A stretch of 64,000 bases of DNA from assembly GCA_023230525.1 (NCBI GenBank), contig JALNXE010000002.1:8159-72158 (forward strand). Direction: 5' to 3'. The notes under the pieces were generated by a model. The model made no database searches and was not told where the DNA came from. It was given only the letters and a program-made list of their open reading frames with translations. This DNA comes from Desulfobulbaceae bacterium (GTDB taxonomy: Bacteria > Desulfobacterota > Desulfobulbia > Desulfobulbales > SURF-16). Of this stretch, positions 1 through 9,023 are shown one piece after another (the first letter of the stretch is position 1; every line of letters begins with the position of its first letter). The position numbers were made by a program, and so were the translations under genes.

Positions 1-310
1 TCAAAACTATTATCTTATTGTTTCCCGGTGGTACGGATCTTGGATGCTTATACGGGGCAGAGGCGGGCCGGCTGTTGGGCAGTCCGGCCGGGCAGGGCGA
101 AAAGGTGAAAACAGAAAAATGAAAAGGAGAATGGCATGCCGGATGAGGGGGAGAATGAACGGATGGGAAGGATCATATTGCGGGGATGAGGAGGCGTGGC
201 CCTGGAATTTCCGGGCTGTAGCCGGGATGTGCGGCGGTACCGGCCAGGGCAGATTGCTGAGCAGGCCGGCCAAGCCTGGCACCTATTTTGAAAAGAAAGG
301 AATTTGACAT

Positions 311-3097
311 ATGAAATTAGCTGAAATTATGAAAAACGCGAGAATTCAATATGATGCAAAAACAGCCATTCCCCGGAAGATTGATTGCCGGGTGGCTGTA
401 TCGCCGGGGGATACACCTGAGAAGGCGGCGCTGGCGCTGCTGGCCGAGTTGGGCGGCACCCTTCGCCTGTCAACCGACAAAAAGGATCTGCAGGTTACCC
501 AGAGCAAGACCACCTCCACCGGCAGTTATGTCCGCTTCCAGCAGTATATTGACGGGGTGCAGGTCGTGGGCGGCGAGGTGGTGGTGCACATCGACCGGGC
601 CGGTTTTATCCGGCGGATCAACGCCGGCCACCAGCCCAGGGAATCGGTGCTCACCACCGTTAAAGAGGAAAAGATAACGGCTGCCGAGGCGGAGAAGATC
701 ATGCGCCGGGCGGTGGGCGAAAGTTTCACCATCAGGCCGAAAGGCAAACTGAGCACCGGCAGGGTCTATTTCCGCACGGCGGACGGCCTGCGGCTGGCCT
801 GGCTGGTCATGGCCAACACCCTGCAGCCGCCCCATGACTGGTTTGTTTATGTGGATGCGGAAAACGGCGCCGTCCTGGCCCTGGAGGATCGCATCATGTT
901 TGTTGACGGCCAGGGCATGGTCTTTAACCCCAACCCGGTGGTGGACTTAAATGACAATACCATCCGCGAGGGCATCACCGCGGAGGCCACCCTGAACGGC
1001 ACGCGGCAGACCGTCACGCTGCGGGATATCACCGGACCGGTGGGCGGCAACTATACCCTCACCGGCCCCTTCTGCAATATCGTCAACCTGGCCAACCCCA
1101 ATATCGGCATCCCCCAGGAGGCCAGCGCCACCGGCTTCAACTATGAGCGCCTGGATGATAATTTCGAGGCGGTCAATGTCTATTTTCATATCGATTCCCT
1201 GCAGCGTTACATCCAGGACACCCTGGACATCGATGATGCCAACAACCGGGCCATTGACGCCGACCCCCATGACAACAGCATGATTGCCGCCTGGTATTCT
1301 CCCGGCACCAAGGATCTGCACTTTTCCGATTCCGGACCCAGCCAGCCGGACCGGGGGGAGGATTCTGACTGCATGGTCCATGAGTACGGCCATGCCATCC
1401 AGGATGACATGGTGCCTGGCTGGGGCAACCCGGTGCCGGGCACCACCCGTTATGAAAGCCGGGCCATCGGCGAGGGCTTCGGCGATATGATGGCGGTGCT
1501 CTACAACATCCTGCACGGCAACGGCTACCAGCGGCAGGTCATGGAGGACTGGGTCTTTGTGAGTAACAATCTGGGCGACGGCCTGCGGGGGCTGCGGCGG
1601 GTGGATCATGACAAGCTCTATTCCGCTTTCTCCACCAGCGCTGATTTTTACGCTAACAGCCAAATCTGGGCAGGCGCCCTGTGGAATATCTTTCTGGCCA
1701 TGGGCGGTGATTCGCCCACCCTTGCCGACTGGGAGGAGCCCCGGGACATCCTGCTCAAGGCCATGATCGCCAGCAACCGGCTGCTCACTGCCAGCGCCTC
1801 CATGCCCGAGGCGGCGGAGGCCCTGATGAACACCCATGAGGAGCTGGAGGATCAATGCGGCCGGCAGCTCGTGCCGATGATCGACGAATTCCATGACCGG
1901 GAAATACTCGAGTGCCAGGCCGGTTCCGATATCCGGCTGACCAGTCTCTGGTCCCAGCAGGATAACGCCGGCATCAGGAGCTGGGAGCAGGTGGAGTTTG
2001 GCCAGGACAACTGGTTCTATGCGGTGATCACCAACCAGGGCACAACGGCCGCCCGCTCGCTGGTGGTAAACTTCAGCTTCAAGACCCCCTTTTCCACCCC
2101 GGTCTACCCGGCGGATTTCCGCAACAATATCATCAGCGCCGTGGCGGAATTCGATCTGGCCCCGGGCGAGACGCGCACCATCTGGGGCCGCTGGGACAAG
2201 GATTATATCCCGGCCATCCCCCCCGGCCAGACGCAGCTGCACGGCTGTATCCTGGCCGAGATCTATAATCCCGCGGACCACGTTGCTGCCGGGGTGACCA
2301 GTATCGGCGCAAGCAACGGCAAGCTGCGCCAGCGCAACACCGATATCGTGGATCTGGTGCCGGGTGATTCGGCAGATTTCCATTTCACCATCAGCAACTT
2401 TCATCTCAAATATGAGGAACTGGTGCGGTTGGAGGTGATCCGGCCCGACCGCTGGCCAGGGCTCGCGGTCTCCTTCTCCCACCATAACGAGTATGTCATG
2501 GCCGAACTCCTGCAGCAGGCCCGGCAGCTGGCCGGGCAGCGGGTCAGCGTCCAGGAGGAGCTGCTGGCCCAGCCGCAGCCGGCGGTGCGTTTCCTGCAGG
2601 CGGCCCGCATCGAGGTGGCGAGCGCCAAGGCCGGGGAACAGCTCGTGCTGGACCTTGCCCCGGATTCCACCCTGATGCTGAAGCAGACCGCGGTTTCCGC
2701 CCAGGCGGCCATACCCCGGGCGGAATTTGTCCGCTGCGATGCCGTAATGGCCAAGCAGGAGCAGGGCAGCGTTCTGCTGCTGAAACCGGGCATCCGCACG
2801 GGTTTTCTCTACATGATGAAACCCCATCAGCGCCGGACCCTGAAGGTCACGGTCCAGGCGCCGGCGGAGGCCAGAGCGGGGGAGGAGTTCACCGTGGAAT
2901 TCGTGCAGCGCAATGCCAGGGGTGAGTTCATCGGCGGCTTTGATGTGCTGGTCCGGGTGGTGGAGAGGAAAAAAACGCCCATTATTGTCAAACCACCGGT
3001 TATCCGGGAAAGGATCGAGGTGAAGGCGAAGACCGCCTCCACGGTGAAGAAGACGGCCACCACCGCCAAGAAACAGGTGGCGCGTAAAATTTCGTAA
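311..3097 (+). CDS. Zinc metallopeptidase, fungalysin/thermolysin-like (M36/M4, clan MA) with FTP/PepSY-type propeptide, long C-terminal beta-rich module and Lys-rich tail
   Basis: 928-aa ORF. FTP-like 'YVRFQQYIDGVQVVGGEVVVHIDRAG'. HEXXH 'MVHEYGHAIQ' followed by 'AIGEGFGDMMA' (M36-like GEGWSD region). No obvious signal peptide. AAAGGAA upstream of the ATG. Confidence 0.8.
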   Translation: MKLAEIMKNARIQYDAKTAIPRKIDCRVAVSPGDTPEKAALALLAELGGTLRLSTDKKDLQVTQSKTTSTGSYVRFQQYIDGVQVVGGEVVVHIDRAGFIRRINAGHQPRESVLTTVKEEKITAAEAEKIMRRAVGESFTIRPKGKLSTGRVYFRTADGLRLAWLVMANTLQPPHDWFVYVDAENGAVLALEDRIMFVDGQGMVFNPNPVVDLNDNTIREGITAEATLNGTRQTVTLRDITGPVGGNYTLTGPFCNIVNLANPNIGIPQEASATGFNYERLDDNFEAVNVYFHIDSLQRYIQDTLDIDDANNRAIDADPHDNSMIAAWYSPGTKDLHFSDSGPSQPDRGEDSDCMVHEYGHAIQDDMVPGWGNPVPGTTRYESRAIGEGFGDMMAVLYNILHGNGYQRQVMEDWVFVSNNLGDGLRGLRRVDHDKLYSAFSTSADFYANSQIWAGALWNIFLAMGGDSPTLADWEEPRDILLKAMIASNRLLTASASMPEAAEALMNTHEELEDQCGRQLVPMIDEFHDREILECQAGSDIRLTSLWSQQDNAGIRSWEQVEFGQDNWFYAVITNQGTTAARSLVVNFSFKTPFSTPVYPADFRNNIISAVAEFDLAPGETRTIWGRWDKDYIPAIPPGQTQLHGCILAEIYNPADHVAAGVTSIGASNGKLRQRNTDIVDLVPGDSADFHFTISNFHLKYEELVRLEVIRPDRWPGLAVSFSHHNEYVMAELLQQARQLAGQRVSVQEELLAQPQPAVRFLQAARIEVASAKAGEQLVLDLAPDSTLMLKQTAVSAQAAIPRAEFVRCDAVMAKQEQGSVLLLKPGIRTGFLYMMKPHQRRTLKVTVQAPAEARAGEEFTVEFVQRNARGEFIGGFDVLVRVVERKKTPIIVKPPVIRERIEVKAKTASTVKKTATTAKKQVARKIS

Positions 3098-3116
3098 ATA
3101 ATTGACCGCGTTAGAG

Positions 3117-3147
3117 AGAGGCCCCGCCGAACCCGGCCGGGGCCTCT
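3117..3147 (+). terminator. GC-rich hairpin just after the first peptidase gene (weak terminator candidate)
   Basis: Arms AGAGGCCCC / GGGGCCTCT 20 nt after the stop codon. Followed only by a weak GTTTG, so the T-tract is poor. Confidence 0.3.
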
Positions 3148-3168
3148 GCCTGTTTGAGGAATCAAGAA

Positions 3169-3242
3169 TCAGAAGCCAGGAGTCAGGAGTCAGAATAAAA
3201 CGTAATCAAATCAATCATTCTGCATTCTGTCTCCTGTCTTCT
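3169..3242. repeat. Imperfect 27-nt inverted repeat (hairpin element) between the two peptidase genes
   Basis: CAGAAGCCAGGAGTCAGGAGTCAGAAT (3169-3195) pairs with ATTCTGCATTCTGTCTCCTGTCTTCTG (3216-3242), 22/27 complementary, 20-nt AT-rich loop. It ends 4 nt before the next ATG. Confidence 0.6.
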
Positions 3243-3246
3243 GAAA

Positions 3247-6060
3247 ATGAAGAGAGAGAAGAAAATTATGACTGCTGCTGTTGTTCCCGCCACCCTTTTT
3301 TTTGATCTGGGCGATACCCTGCTCTATAATCAGAATAGCCAGGACCGTCTGTATGCCGACTGTCTGGATACCCTGCAGATCCTGCAGCAGAGGGGGTATC
3401 GCCTGGGCCTGCTGTCCAACCAGTCCACCGGAACCACCGTCAGCCAGGTGCTGAACCGGCTGAACAGCCTGGGTCTGCTGAAATATATCGAGCCGGAGCT
3501 GGTGACCATCTCCACCGAGATTGCCGGGAATGTGGGCAAACCGGCGCAACCCATTTTCGATCTGGCCCTCATCAAGGCCGGCCATGGCCAGGCCGGGGCC
3601 CAGAGTATTTTCGTCACCGAAACCGCCAGCCATATCGCGGCGGCGCGCGGCTACGACTGGCGCGCCATCCTGAAACGCAACAGCGGGGCCTGCCAGCCGG
3701 TTGACGGTGAATGCGTCGCGGGCCTGGCAGGACTGCTTGACCTGCTGCCCGCCCTCGGCGAGGTGGCCGCTACCAATCTGGAGCTGGCCCCCCGGCCGAA
3801 GGTGGTTGACGGCCTGTGGGCCGTGCCGGTAGACATCAGCCGCATCACGGCGAACTTGACCTTTGACGCCGCAAGCTTCACCGGTACCGGCGGCGCCCTG
3901 CTGGAGTTCAAGCTGGGCCGGCACAGCGGCAACCCCATCTTTGATCTCCGGCAGACCCTCACCGGCCTCTGGCTGGATGGGGAGGAGGTTCCGGCCGGCC
4001 AGGCCGCGCAGCATGATTTCGGCGGCGGCACCCATGCCGGGCTGCGGGTGCTGGAAAGGGTGCTTGCGGCGGGCTCGTCCCATCAGCTGCAGATAAACTA
4101 CAGCCTGGGGCCGCCCCAGTCTCCCATGACCGGCTCCTACCTGCCGCAGCTCAGCTGGTCGGCCGGGCCGCGGCTGACCTTTAATTTCGGTTTCACCGAT
4201 CTGGCGCCGGGCCGGTATCTGGAGGCCTGGGTGCCGGCCAACCTGATCTTTGACCAGTTTGAGTTGCTCCTCACCCTGCAGATCGTCAACACGTCAATTG
4301 CCCATACCCTGATCACCAACGGCAGCGTCACCAGTCTGGGGGCCAACCATTGGCAGGCCATTTTCCCGGCCGCAGGCTCCGCTTTTTCACCCCTGGTGGA
4401 ACTGCGGCCCGCGGATGCGCTGACCTCCCTGACGGATAGCGTGGTGCTGCCCGGTTCAGGGGCCACGGTCGCCATCGAGGCCTGGAAAACCCTGGCCAAT
4501 CCCGCAGATCTCGCCATTCAGGTGAACAATCTCAAGAGCTATCTAACGGATAATGCCACGGCTGTCGGCCCCTATCTGCATGGCGACCGTTTTGTCGCCT
4601 TTATCCACCAGGGCGGCATGGAATATGACGGCGCCACCACCACCGGCCAGGCGGCCCTGCGGCACGAGACCTATCACAGCTGGTGGGGCCGGGGCCTGAA
4701 ACCGGCCAGCCAGCCGGATGCCTGGCTGGATGAGGGCTGGACCTCCTACCAGATCGATAGCGGGCCGCTGAGCGTGCCCTTTGATTTCGCCGCCGCACCG
4801 GTGGAACTCTGCCCGCAGAACCCCTGGGTGCGCAAGACCGCCGGGCTGTCCTATTCCAGCGGCACGGCCTTCTGGCGGGGTATGGCCGGTTTTGTCGGCA
4901 CCACGGCCTTGGACGGCCTGATGCGGGATTTTTACGCGGAGTGGGACGGCAAACCGGTGCGGACCACCGCCATTGAGGAATTTCTGCTGCGCCGGGCGGG
5001 CGATCCGCTGATCGTCGATGCCTTTCACCGGTTCGTCTACGGGTTTGCCGACCCCTCGCCCGCCCCGGAGGTCTGGCTGCGCGACGATTTCAGCCATACC
5101 GGCACCGAGCAGTGGCTTGCCGGCTCCTTCTGGAATTCCCCGGATCTGTGGGTGCGCAACCGCGCTGACGATCAGCTCACCCATCAGAGCCCGGTCAGCG
5201 GCCGCGATAACTGGCTCTACGCCAGGGTCCGCAATCTGAGCACCACCACCAGGGTGGATCATTTCAGCGTGGCCTTCAACGTCAAGCCCTATGCCGGGGT
5301 CGAGTTCGTCTATCCCCAGGATTTCCTGCCCGCCACCGCCGCCGCCACGGGCTTTGATCTGGCCCCCGGTGCCTCGGCCATCGTCAAGGCCCGCTGGCCC
5401 GGGGAGCTGGTGCCGCCGTCCGGCAGCCACTCCTGTCTGCTGGCCTCGGTTTTCTCCCGTTCAAATCATCCCCTGGCCAATAAGCATGTTTGGGAACAGA
5501 ATGCCCTGGCCCAGAAAAACCTGACCATCATCGCCGCCCAGCCCGATACCTGGGTGGTGCTGCCCTTTGTGGTGGCCAACCGCTGGTCCAGCGCCAGCCT
5601 CAAATACACCCTGGAACTGGTGCGCATGAAAAAATATGCGGCCCTCAAGGCGGAACTCATCTACCTCCGCTCCCTGGACACCTCCCGGCATGCCTTGAAG
5701 AGGATCAACCAACCCGCGCCTGAACCGGACATCCGCCAGATTGAAGAGCTGCTGGCCAGCAGGCATACGGCAGCGGCTAAAAACGTAACGGAGCGTATGC
5801 GCCACGAGATCATCACCTCGGCCAATCCGGAAAATCTCGATCTGCTCTTTCCGGCCTACAAGGTCCAGCCGTTTCCGGCGCGCAGCGAGGCCCGTATCTC
5901 GCTGATCCTGGCCCCGCAGCACCATCGGTTCCTGGGGCTGCGGGTTTTTGTGCCGAAGGAGGCGAAAAAGGGTGAGGTCATCCACGTCAACCTGGTGAAA
6001 CGCAGCGTGAAGACGAAAAAGGTCATGGGCGGTATTGCCCTGACCATTGATGTGGTGTGA
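3247..6060 (+). CDS. Fusion protein: N-terminal HAD-like hydrolase domain + M1-type gluzincin peptidase domain + C-terminal module shared with the upstream peptidase
   Basis: 937-aa ORF. HAD motif I-like 'FFDLGDTLLYN' near the N-terminus. M1 signature 'HETYHSWWG...(18 aa)...WLDEGWTSY' (HEXXH-X18-E). Alternative start at ATG 3268. Confidence 0.75.
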   Translation: MKREKKIMTAAVVPATLFFDLGDTLLYNQNSQDRLYADCLDTLQILQQRGYRLGLLSNQSTGTTVSQVLNRLNSLGLLKYIEPELVTISTEIAGNVGKPAQPIFDLALIKAGHGQAGAQSIFVTETASHIAAARGYDWRAILKRNSGACQPVDGECVAGLAGLLDLLPALGEVAATNLELAPRPKVVDGLWAVPVDISRITANLTFDAASFTGTGGALLEFKLGRHSGNPIFDLRQTLTGLWLDGEEVPAGQAAQHDFGGGTHAGLRVLERVLAAGSSHQLQINYSLGPPQSPMTGSYLPQLSWSAGPRLTFNFGFTDLAPGRYLEAWVPANLIFDQFELLLTLQIVNTSIAHTLITNGSVTSLGANHWQAIFPAAGSAFSPLVELRPADALTSLTDSVVLPGSGATVAIEAWKTLANPADLAIQVNNLKSYLTDNATAVGPYLHGDRFVAFIHQGGMEYDGATTTGQAALRHETYHSWWGRGLKPASQPDAWLDEGWTSYQIDSGPLSVPFDFAAAPVELCPQNPWVRKTAGLSYSSGTAFWRGMAGFVGTTALDGLMRDFYAEWDGKPVRTTAIEEFLLRRAGDPLIVDAFHRFVYGFADPSPAPEVWLRDDFSHTGTEQWLAGSFWNSPDLWVRNRADDQLTHQSPVSGRDNWLYARVRNLSTTTRVDHFSVAFNVKPYAGVEFVYPQDFLPATAAATGFDLAPGASAIVKARWPGELVPPSGSHSCLLASVFSRSNHPLANKHVWEQNALAQKNLTIIAAQPDTWVVLPFVVANRWSSASLKYTLELVRMKKYAALKAELIYLRSLDTSRHALKRINQPAPEPDIRQIEELLASRHTAAAKNVTERMRHEIITSANPENLDLLFPAYKVQPFPARSEARISLILAPQHHRFLGLRVFVPKEAKKGEVIHVNLVKRSVKTKKVMGGIALTIDVV

Positions 6061-6078
6061 GGGATGAGGGCCGAGCCT

Positions 6079-7644
6079 TCAGGGGGTTCGTTTGCCGCCG
6101 ACAATCCGCACCAGGCCCCAGCGCACCGCTTCCGGCAGATGGCCGAAGCCGGGCATCAGGGTGCCGGGGTAGCCGTTGCTGATCACCTCGAAACTTCGCT
6201 GGGGCGTGAGGCCGTAGGCGGTGAAGTCAGGCGGCGGCGGGCGGTAGCCGCTCGATTGCGGGGTGCCCCGGCCGTCCTGGCCGTGGCAGGGGGCGCAGGC
6301 TTGGGCATACACCTGCTCGGCCTGGCTCAGGGTAGCCGCCGGGATGTCGGCGGGCAGGGGACCTGGTTTGCCCAGGGTCTGGTACCTGGCGTTCAGGTAA
6401 TCAGCCAGGGCGTCGAGTTTATGGCGGTCCAGGAAGGTGAAGTAGGGCATGGCCGAGCCGGGCACGCCCTGGGTGAGGATCTGGTGGAGATAAGGCGCCG
6501 TAGTCCGCACGGCGGCGACGTTTTCCGGGGGCACCGCCAGATTTTTCGCCTCCGGGCCGGCACCGTCCGCCAGCTCGCCGTGACAAAAGGCGCAGGCCTG
6601 GGCATAGATGGTGGGGCCATTATCGTAGACGACAGCGAGTTTGCTCTGGTAGCGGTCAAGGCTTTCCCGGGTGAATGCGCCAATCTCCCGGCCGTGGCTC
6701 CGGGACTTTTCCTGCAGGGCCGCCGTGAACGGCAGATATGTCCGGTTCTGGATCAGCTGCCGCACCAGCAGCATCGCCACCAGGATAAACACCGCCATGG
6801 GCACAATGGTCCGCAGGGAGAGGGAGGCATCCGCTCTGCCACCCATGGAAAACAGATACCAGAGCAACAGAACGCAGCCCGCCACCCCGGCAAAGAGGCA
6901 GAGATTGACCAGCATCGCAGGCCTTATCGGCAGCAGGCCATACAGCATGATGCCCAGCAGAATCTGCAGCAGGGTGCTGGCCGTAAGCCACCGCAGCAAG
7001 GATCTCCGATCCTCTTGGTCCTCGGCGGCGAAAAAGTAATGGAATGCCGCCCCGAAGACCAAGGCAGCCCCCAGCACATGCAGGTATCTCAGCAGCCAGT
7101 GGCTGAGCAGGGGACCCTGCAGGCGGTACCCCTGGTCAATGATGGCAAGCCAGCTGCCGGGATGCTCCGAGACTGAGAGGATCAGCACAAAGATACCCGG
7201 CACAATAAGCAGACAAAGCAGGCCGATGATACCCAGCAAGAGCGAGCTGATGCGGTGGCCCTCCAGACGCCGGGCCAGCAGATCAAAAAAGAGAAAGGCC
7301 ACGATGAGCAGCCCGATGACGGCCAGCCAGTACGGGGCAAAAAGGGTCACGCCGGTAAAGAAGGGAATGGTGTAGGTGACCTGGATCAGGAGCAGCGGCG
7401 CCACCCCCAGCACCACGGCCAGGCTTTTGTGGCTCATGAAGGCCCCGGCGATGCGGACCGCCAGGCGAACGGCCCGGGGACTGCCGCCCCAGTGGCCGCG
7501 CAGCATGCAGGCAATGGCCAGCATCGCCGTGCCCAGGGTGAACAGCACAAAGAGCAGATGCAGGGTGAAGGCGGTAAAGAGCAGGCCCTGCAGCCAGGGG
7601 TCGGGCAAGGGCTTTTGCAGCAGGATATCAAAGAGCATATTCAT
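6079..7644 (-). CDS. Polytopic membrane protein with C-terminal dihaem cytochrome c domain
   Basis: 521-aa ORF. The N-terminal ~330 aa is strongly hydrophobic with multiple TM segments. The C-terminus carries 'CAFCHGE' and 'CAPCHGQ' haem-c motifs. Its start abuts the stop of the upstream CydA-like gene. Confidence 0.75.
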   Translation of the reverse strand: MNMLFDILLQKPLPDPWLQGLLFTAFTLHLLFVLFTLGTAMLAIACMLRGHWGGSPRAVRLAVRIAGAFMSHKSLAVVLGVAPLLLIQVTYTIPFFTGVTLFAPYWLAVIGLLIVAFLFFDLLARRLEGHRISSLLLGIIGLLCLLIVPGIFVLILSVSEHPGSWLAIIDQGYRLQGPLLSHWLLRYLHVLGAALVFGAAFHYFFAAEDQEDRRSLLRWLTASTLLQILLGIMLYGLLPIRPAMLVNLCLFAGVAGCVLLLWYLFSMGGRADASLSLRTIVPMAVFILVAMLLVRQLIQNRTYLPFTAALQEKSRSHGREIGAFTRESLDRYQSKLAVVYDNGPTIYAQACAFCHGELADGAGPEAKNLAVPPENVAAVRTTAPYLHQILTQGVPGSAMPYFTFLDRHKLDALADYLNARYQTLGKPGPLPADIPAATLSQAEQVYAQACAPCHGQDGRGTPQSSGYRPPPPDFTAYGLTPQRSFEVISNGYPGTLMPGFGHLPEAVRWGLVRIVGGKRTP

Positions 7645-7645
7645 G

Positions 7646-9004
7646 TCACCGGCCTTTGCTCAGCGGCGTGAATCGGGACGGCACGCCGGGTTTGATGCTG
7701 CCGTCGGCCAGCCCGAAAAGAAAGTCGGCCATGGTCCGCCGCTCCTGATCCGTGCCGGAAAAAGGGGGCATGAAGGGCACCATCTCCTGGGTGTGGCCGA
7801 GGATGACGTAGATGCCGTCAGCAGATCTGCCCTGCACCCGGTCAACGATACTGTTGATGCCGCCGATGGTATGGCAGGCCGCGCAGTTCTGGGCAAAGAG
7901 ATAGGCGCCCCGGCTCAGCGGATCGGCCTTTTTGGCGGTGGCGTTGTACCAGTAAGAGCGGGGCAGCATGCCTTCTTTCATGAACAGCGGCGTTTCCTCA
8001 AGCAGCACCTGATTGGCATACATATAGCCGGGCATCAGATAGGGGCCGCGGATAAATTCCCGGATGCGCTCGAACTGGGCCACGAAAAGCATCGCCACCA
8101 CCAGGGCCGGCACCACCAGCAGCCGGGCGGAGATGACGGACCTGCCCAGGGCCAGCAGGCAGAAAAGCAGCAGAAAAACCGCGCCGCCCAGGTTGATCTG
8201 CCGGAACAACTCGGGCTGCTGGGACAGGCGGGAGGTCATGACCGCATACAGGGAATGGGTCTTGAAGGCGGAGGGCACCACGGTGAAATACCAGGCCCCG
8301 GCAAGCAGCGTAACCGCCAGGCTGACCAGCCCCACCCTGCCGAAAAAGGCCAGGGCCTCCCGGCGGAACTGGCGGTCCCGGCGCGTAAAAACAAGGTAGC
8401 CGATGGCAAAGAGGGCGCCCAGCTCATAGGCGATGCCCAGGCGCAGGGCCAGCTGCGGCAGGTAACTCTGGTTGAAGAAGGCCGCCCAGAGCCCCTTGTG
8501 CCACGGCCAGCCGTCCGGGGTGAGCATGAAGCCTAAAATTCCGGTGATCAACAGGGCCGAGCACAGGGCCGTCACCACATAGCCGACCCCGAGATGCAGG
8601 TGCCGTTTCTTCCTTTCCCCGGTCCATTTCCGCCAGGTGTAGTAGTAGATGAGCACGATGATCACCTCGGCGGTGAAAACCCCCCACTCGATAAACCAGG
8701 GCCAGAAAAAGACCCGGAGCAGCGAGCCGATGCCCCGCGGCGCCAGGGCGCTGGTGATCAGCCAGATGCCGACCCCGGTCATGGCGCCGACGCTGGTGGT
8801 CAAGACAACGATAAAGCCGAGAAAATCCCTGGCAAAGACCTCCCAGGCCCCGGAAGAGCGGCGCTGGCCCATATATTCGGCGCACACCACCATGGAAACC
8901 GCGCCAATGGCCAGGCCGTGGCTGATGATGACATGCAGCACGGCATCAAGGGCTATGGTCATGCCGTTGCCGAGATAGGGCACCTGGAAGATCGGAAACT
9001 CCAT
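7646..9004 (-). CDS. Cytochrome bd-like quinol oxidase subunit I (CydA-like) fused to a C-terminal monohaem cytochrome c
   Basis: Start chosen at 'MEFPIFQVPYLGNGMTIALDAVLHVIISHG' (ATG 9004; the track ORF extends to 9133). CydA-like N-terminal His and the 'FFWPWFIEWGVFTAE' region. C-terminal 'CAACH'. Confidence 0.75.
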   Translation of the reverse strand: MEFPIFQVPYLGNGMTIALDAVLHVIISHGLAIGAVSMVVCAEYMGQRRSSGAWEVFARDFLGFIVVLTTSVGAMTGVGIWLITSALAPRGIGSLLRVFFWPWFIEWGVFTAEVIIVLIYYYTWRKWTGERKKRHLHLGVGYVVTALCSALLITGILGFMLTPDGWPWHKGLWAAFFNQSYLPQLALRLGIAYELGALFAIGYLVFTRRDRQFRREALAFFGRVGLVSLAVTLLAGAWYFTVVPSAFKTHSLYAVMTSRLSQQPELFRQINLGGAVFLLLFCLLALGRSVISARLLVVPALVVAMLFVAQFERIREFIRGPYLMPGYMYANQVLLEETPLFMKEGMLPRSYWYNATAKKADPLSRGAYLFAQNCAACHTIGGINSIVDRVQGRSADGIYVILGHTQEMVPFMPPFSGTDQERRTMADFLFGLADGSIKPGVPSRFTPLSKGR

Positions 9005-9023
9005 GCTCTTGCTCTCCCCGCTG

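Noticed and set aside
277-291. Sigma-54-like promoter TGGCAC-N5-TTGA upstream of the first peptidase gene.
   Set aside because: The -12 element lacks the conserved GC (TTGA instead of TTGC). The implied transcription start would fall inside the RBS, only ~9 nt before the ATG. This is too weak to call.
10-307. Two overlapping ~90-aa ORFs in the first 300 nt.
   Set aside because: They are purine-rich, low-complexity translations with no RBS or motif, lying in what is most likely the promoter/5' region of the peptidase gene.
947-2827. Very long antisense ORFs opposite real genes: 947-2827, 6064-7176, 7376-8536, 11060-12958, 15111-16886, 16902-18590, 21555-23000, 27449-29173, 47642-48811, 54420-55955 and 63270-63917.
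   Set aside because: These are typical shadow ORFs of high-GC DNA. Their products are low-complexity (Gly/Arg/Ala/Pro/His-rich) with no motifs, while the opposite strand encodes proteins with clear family signatures.
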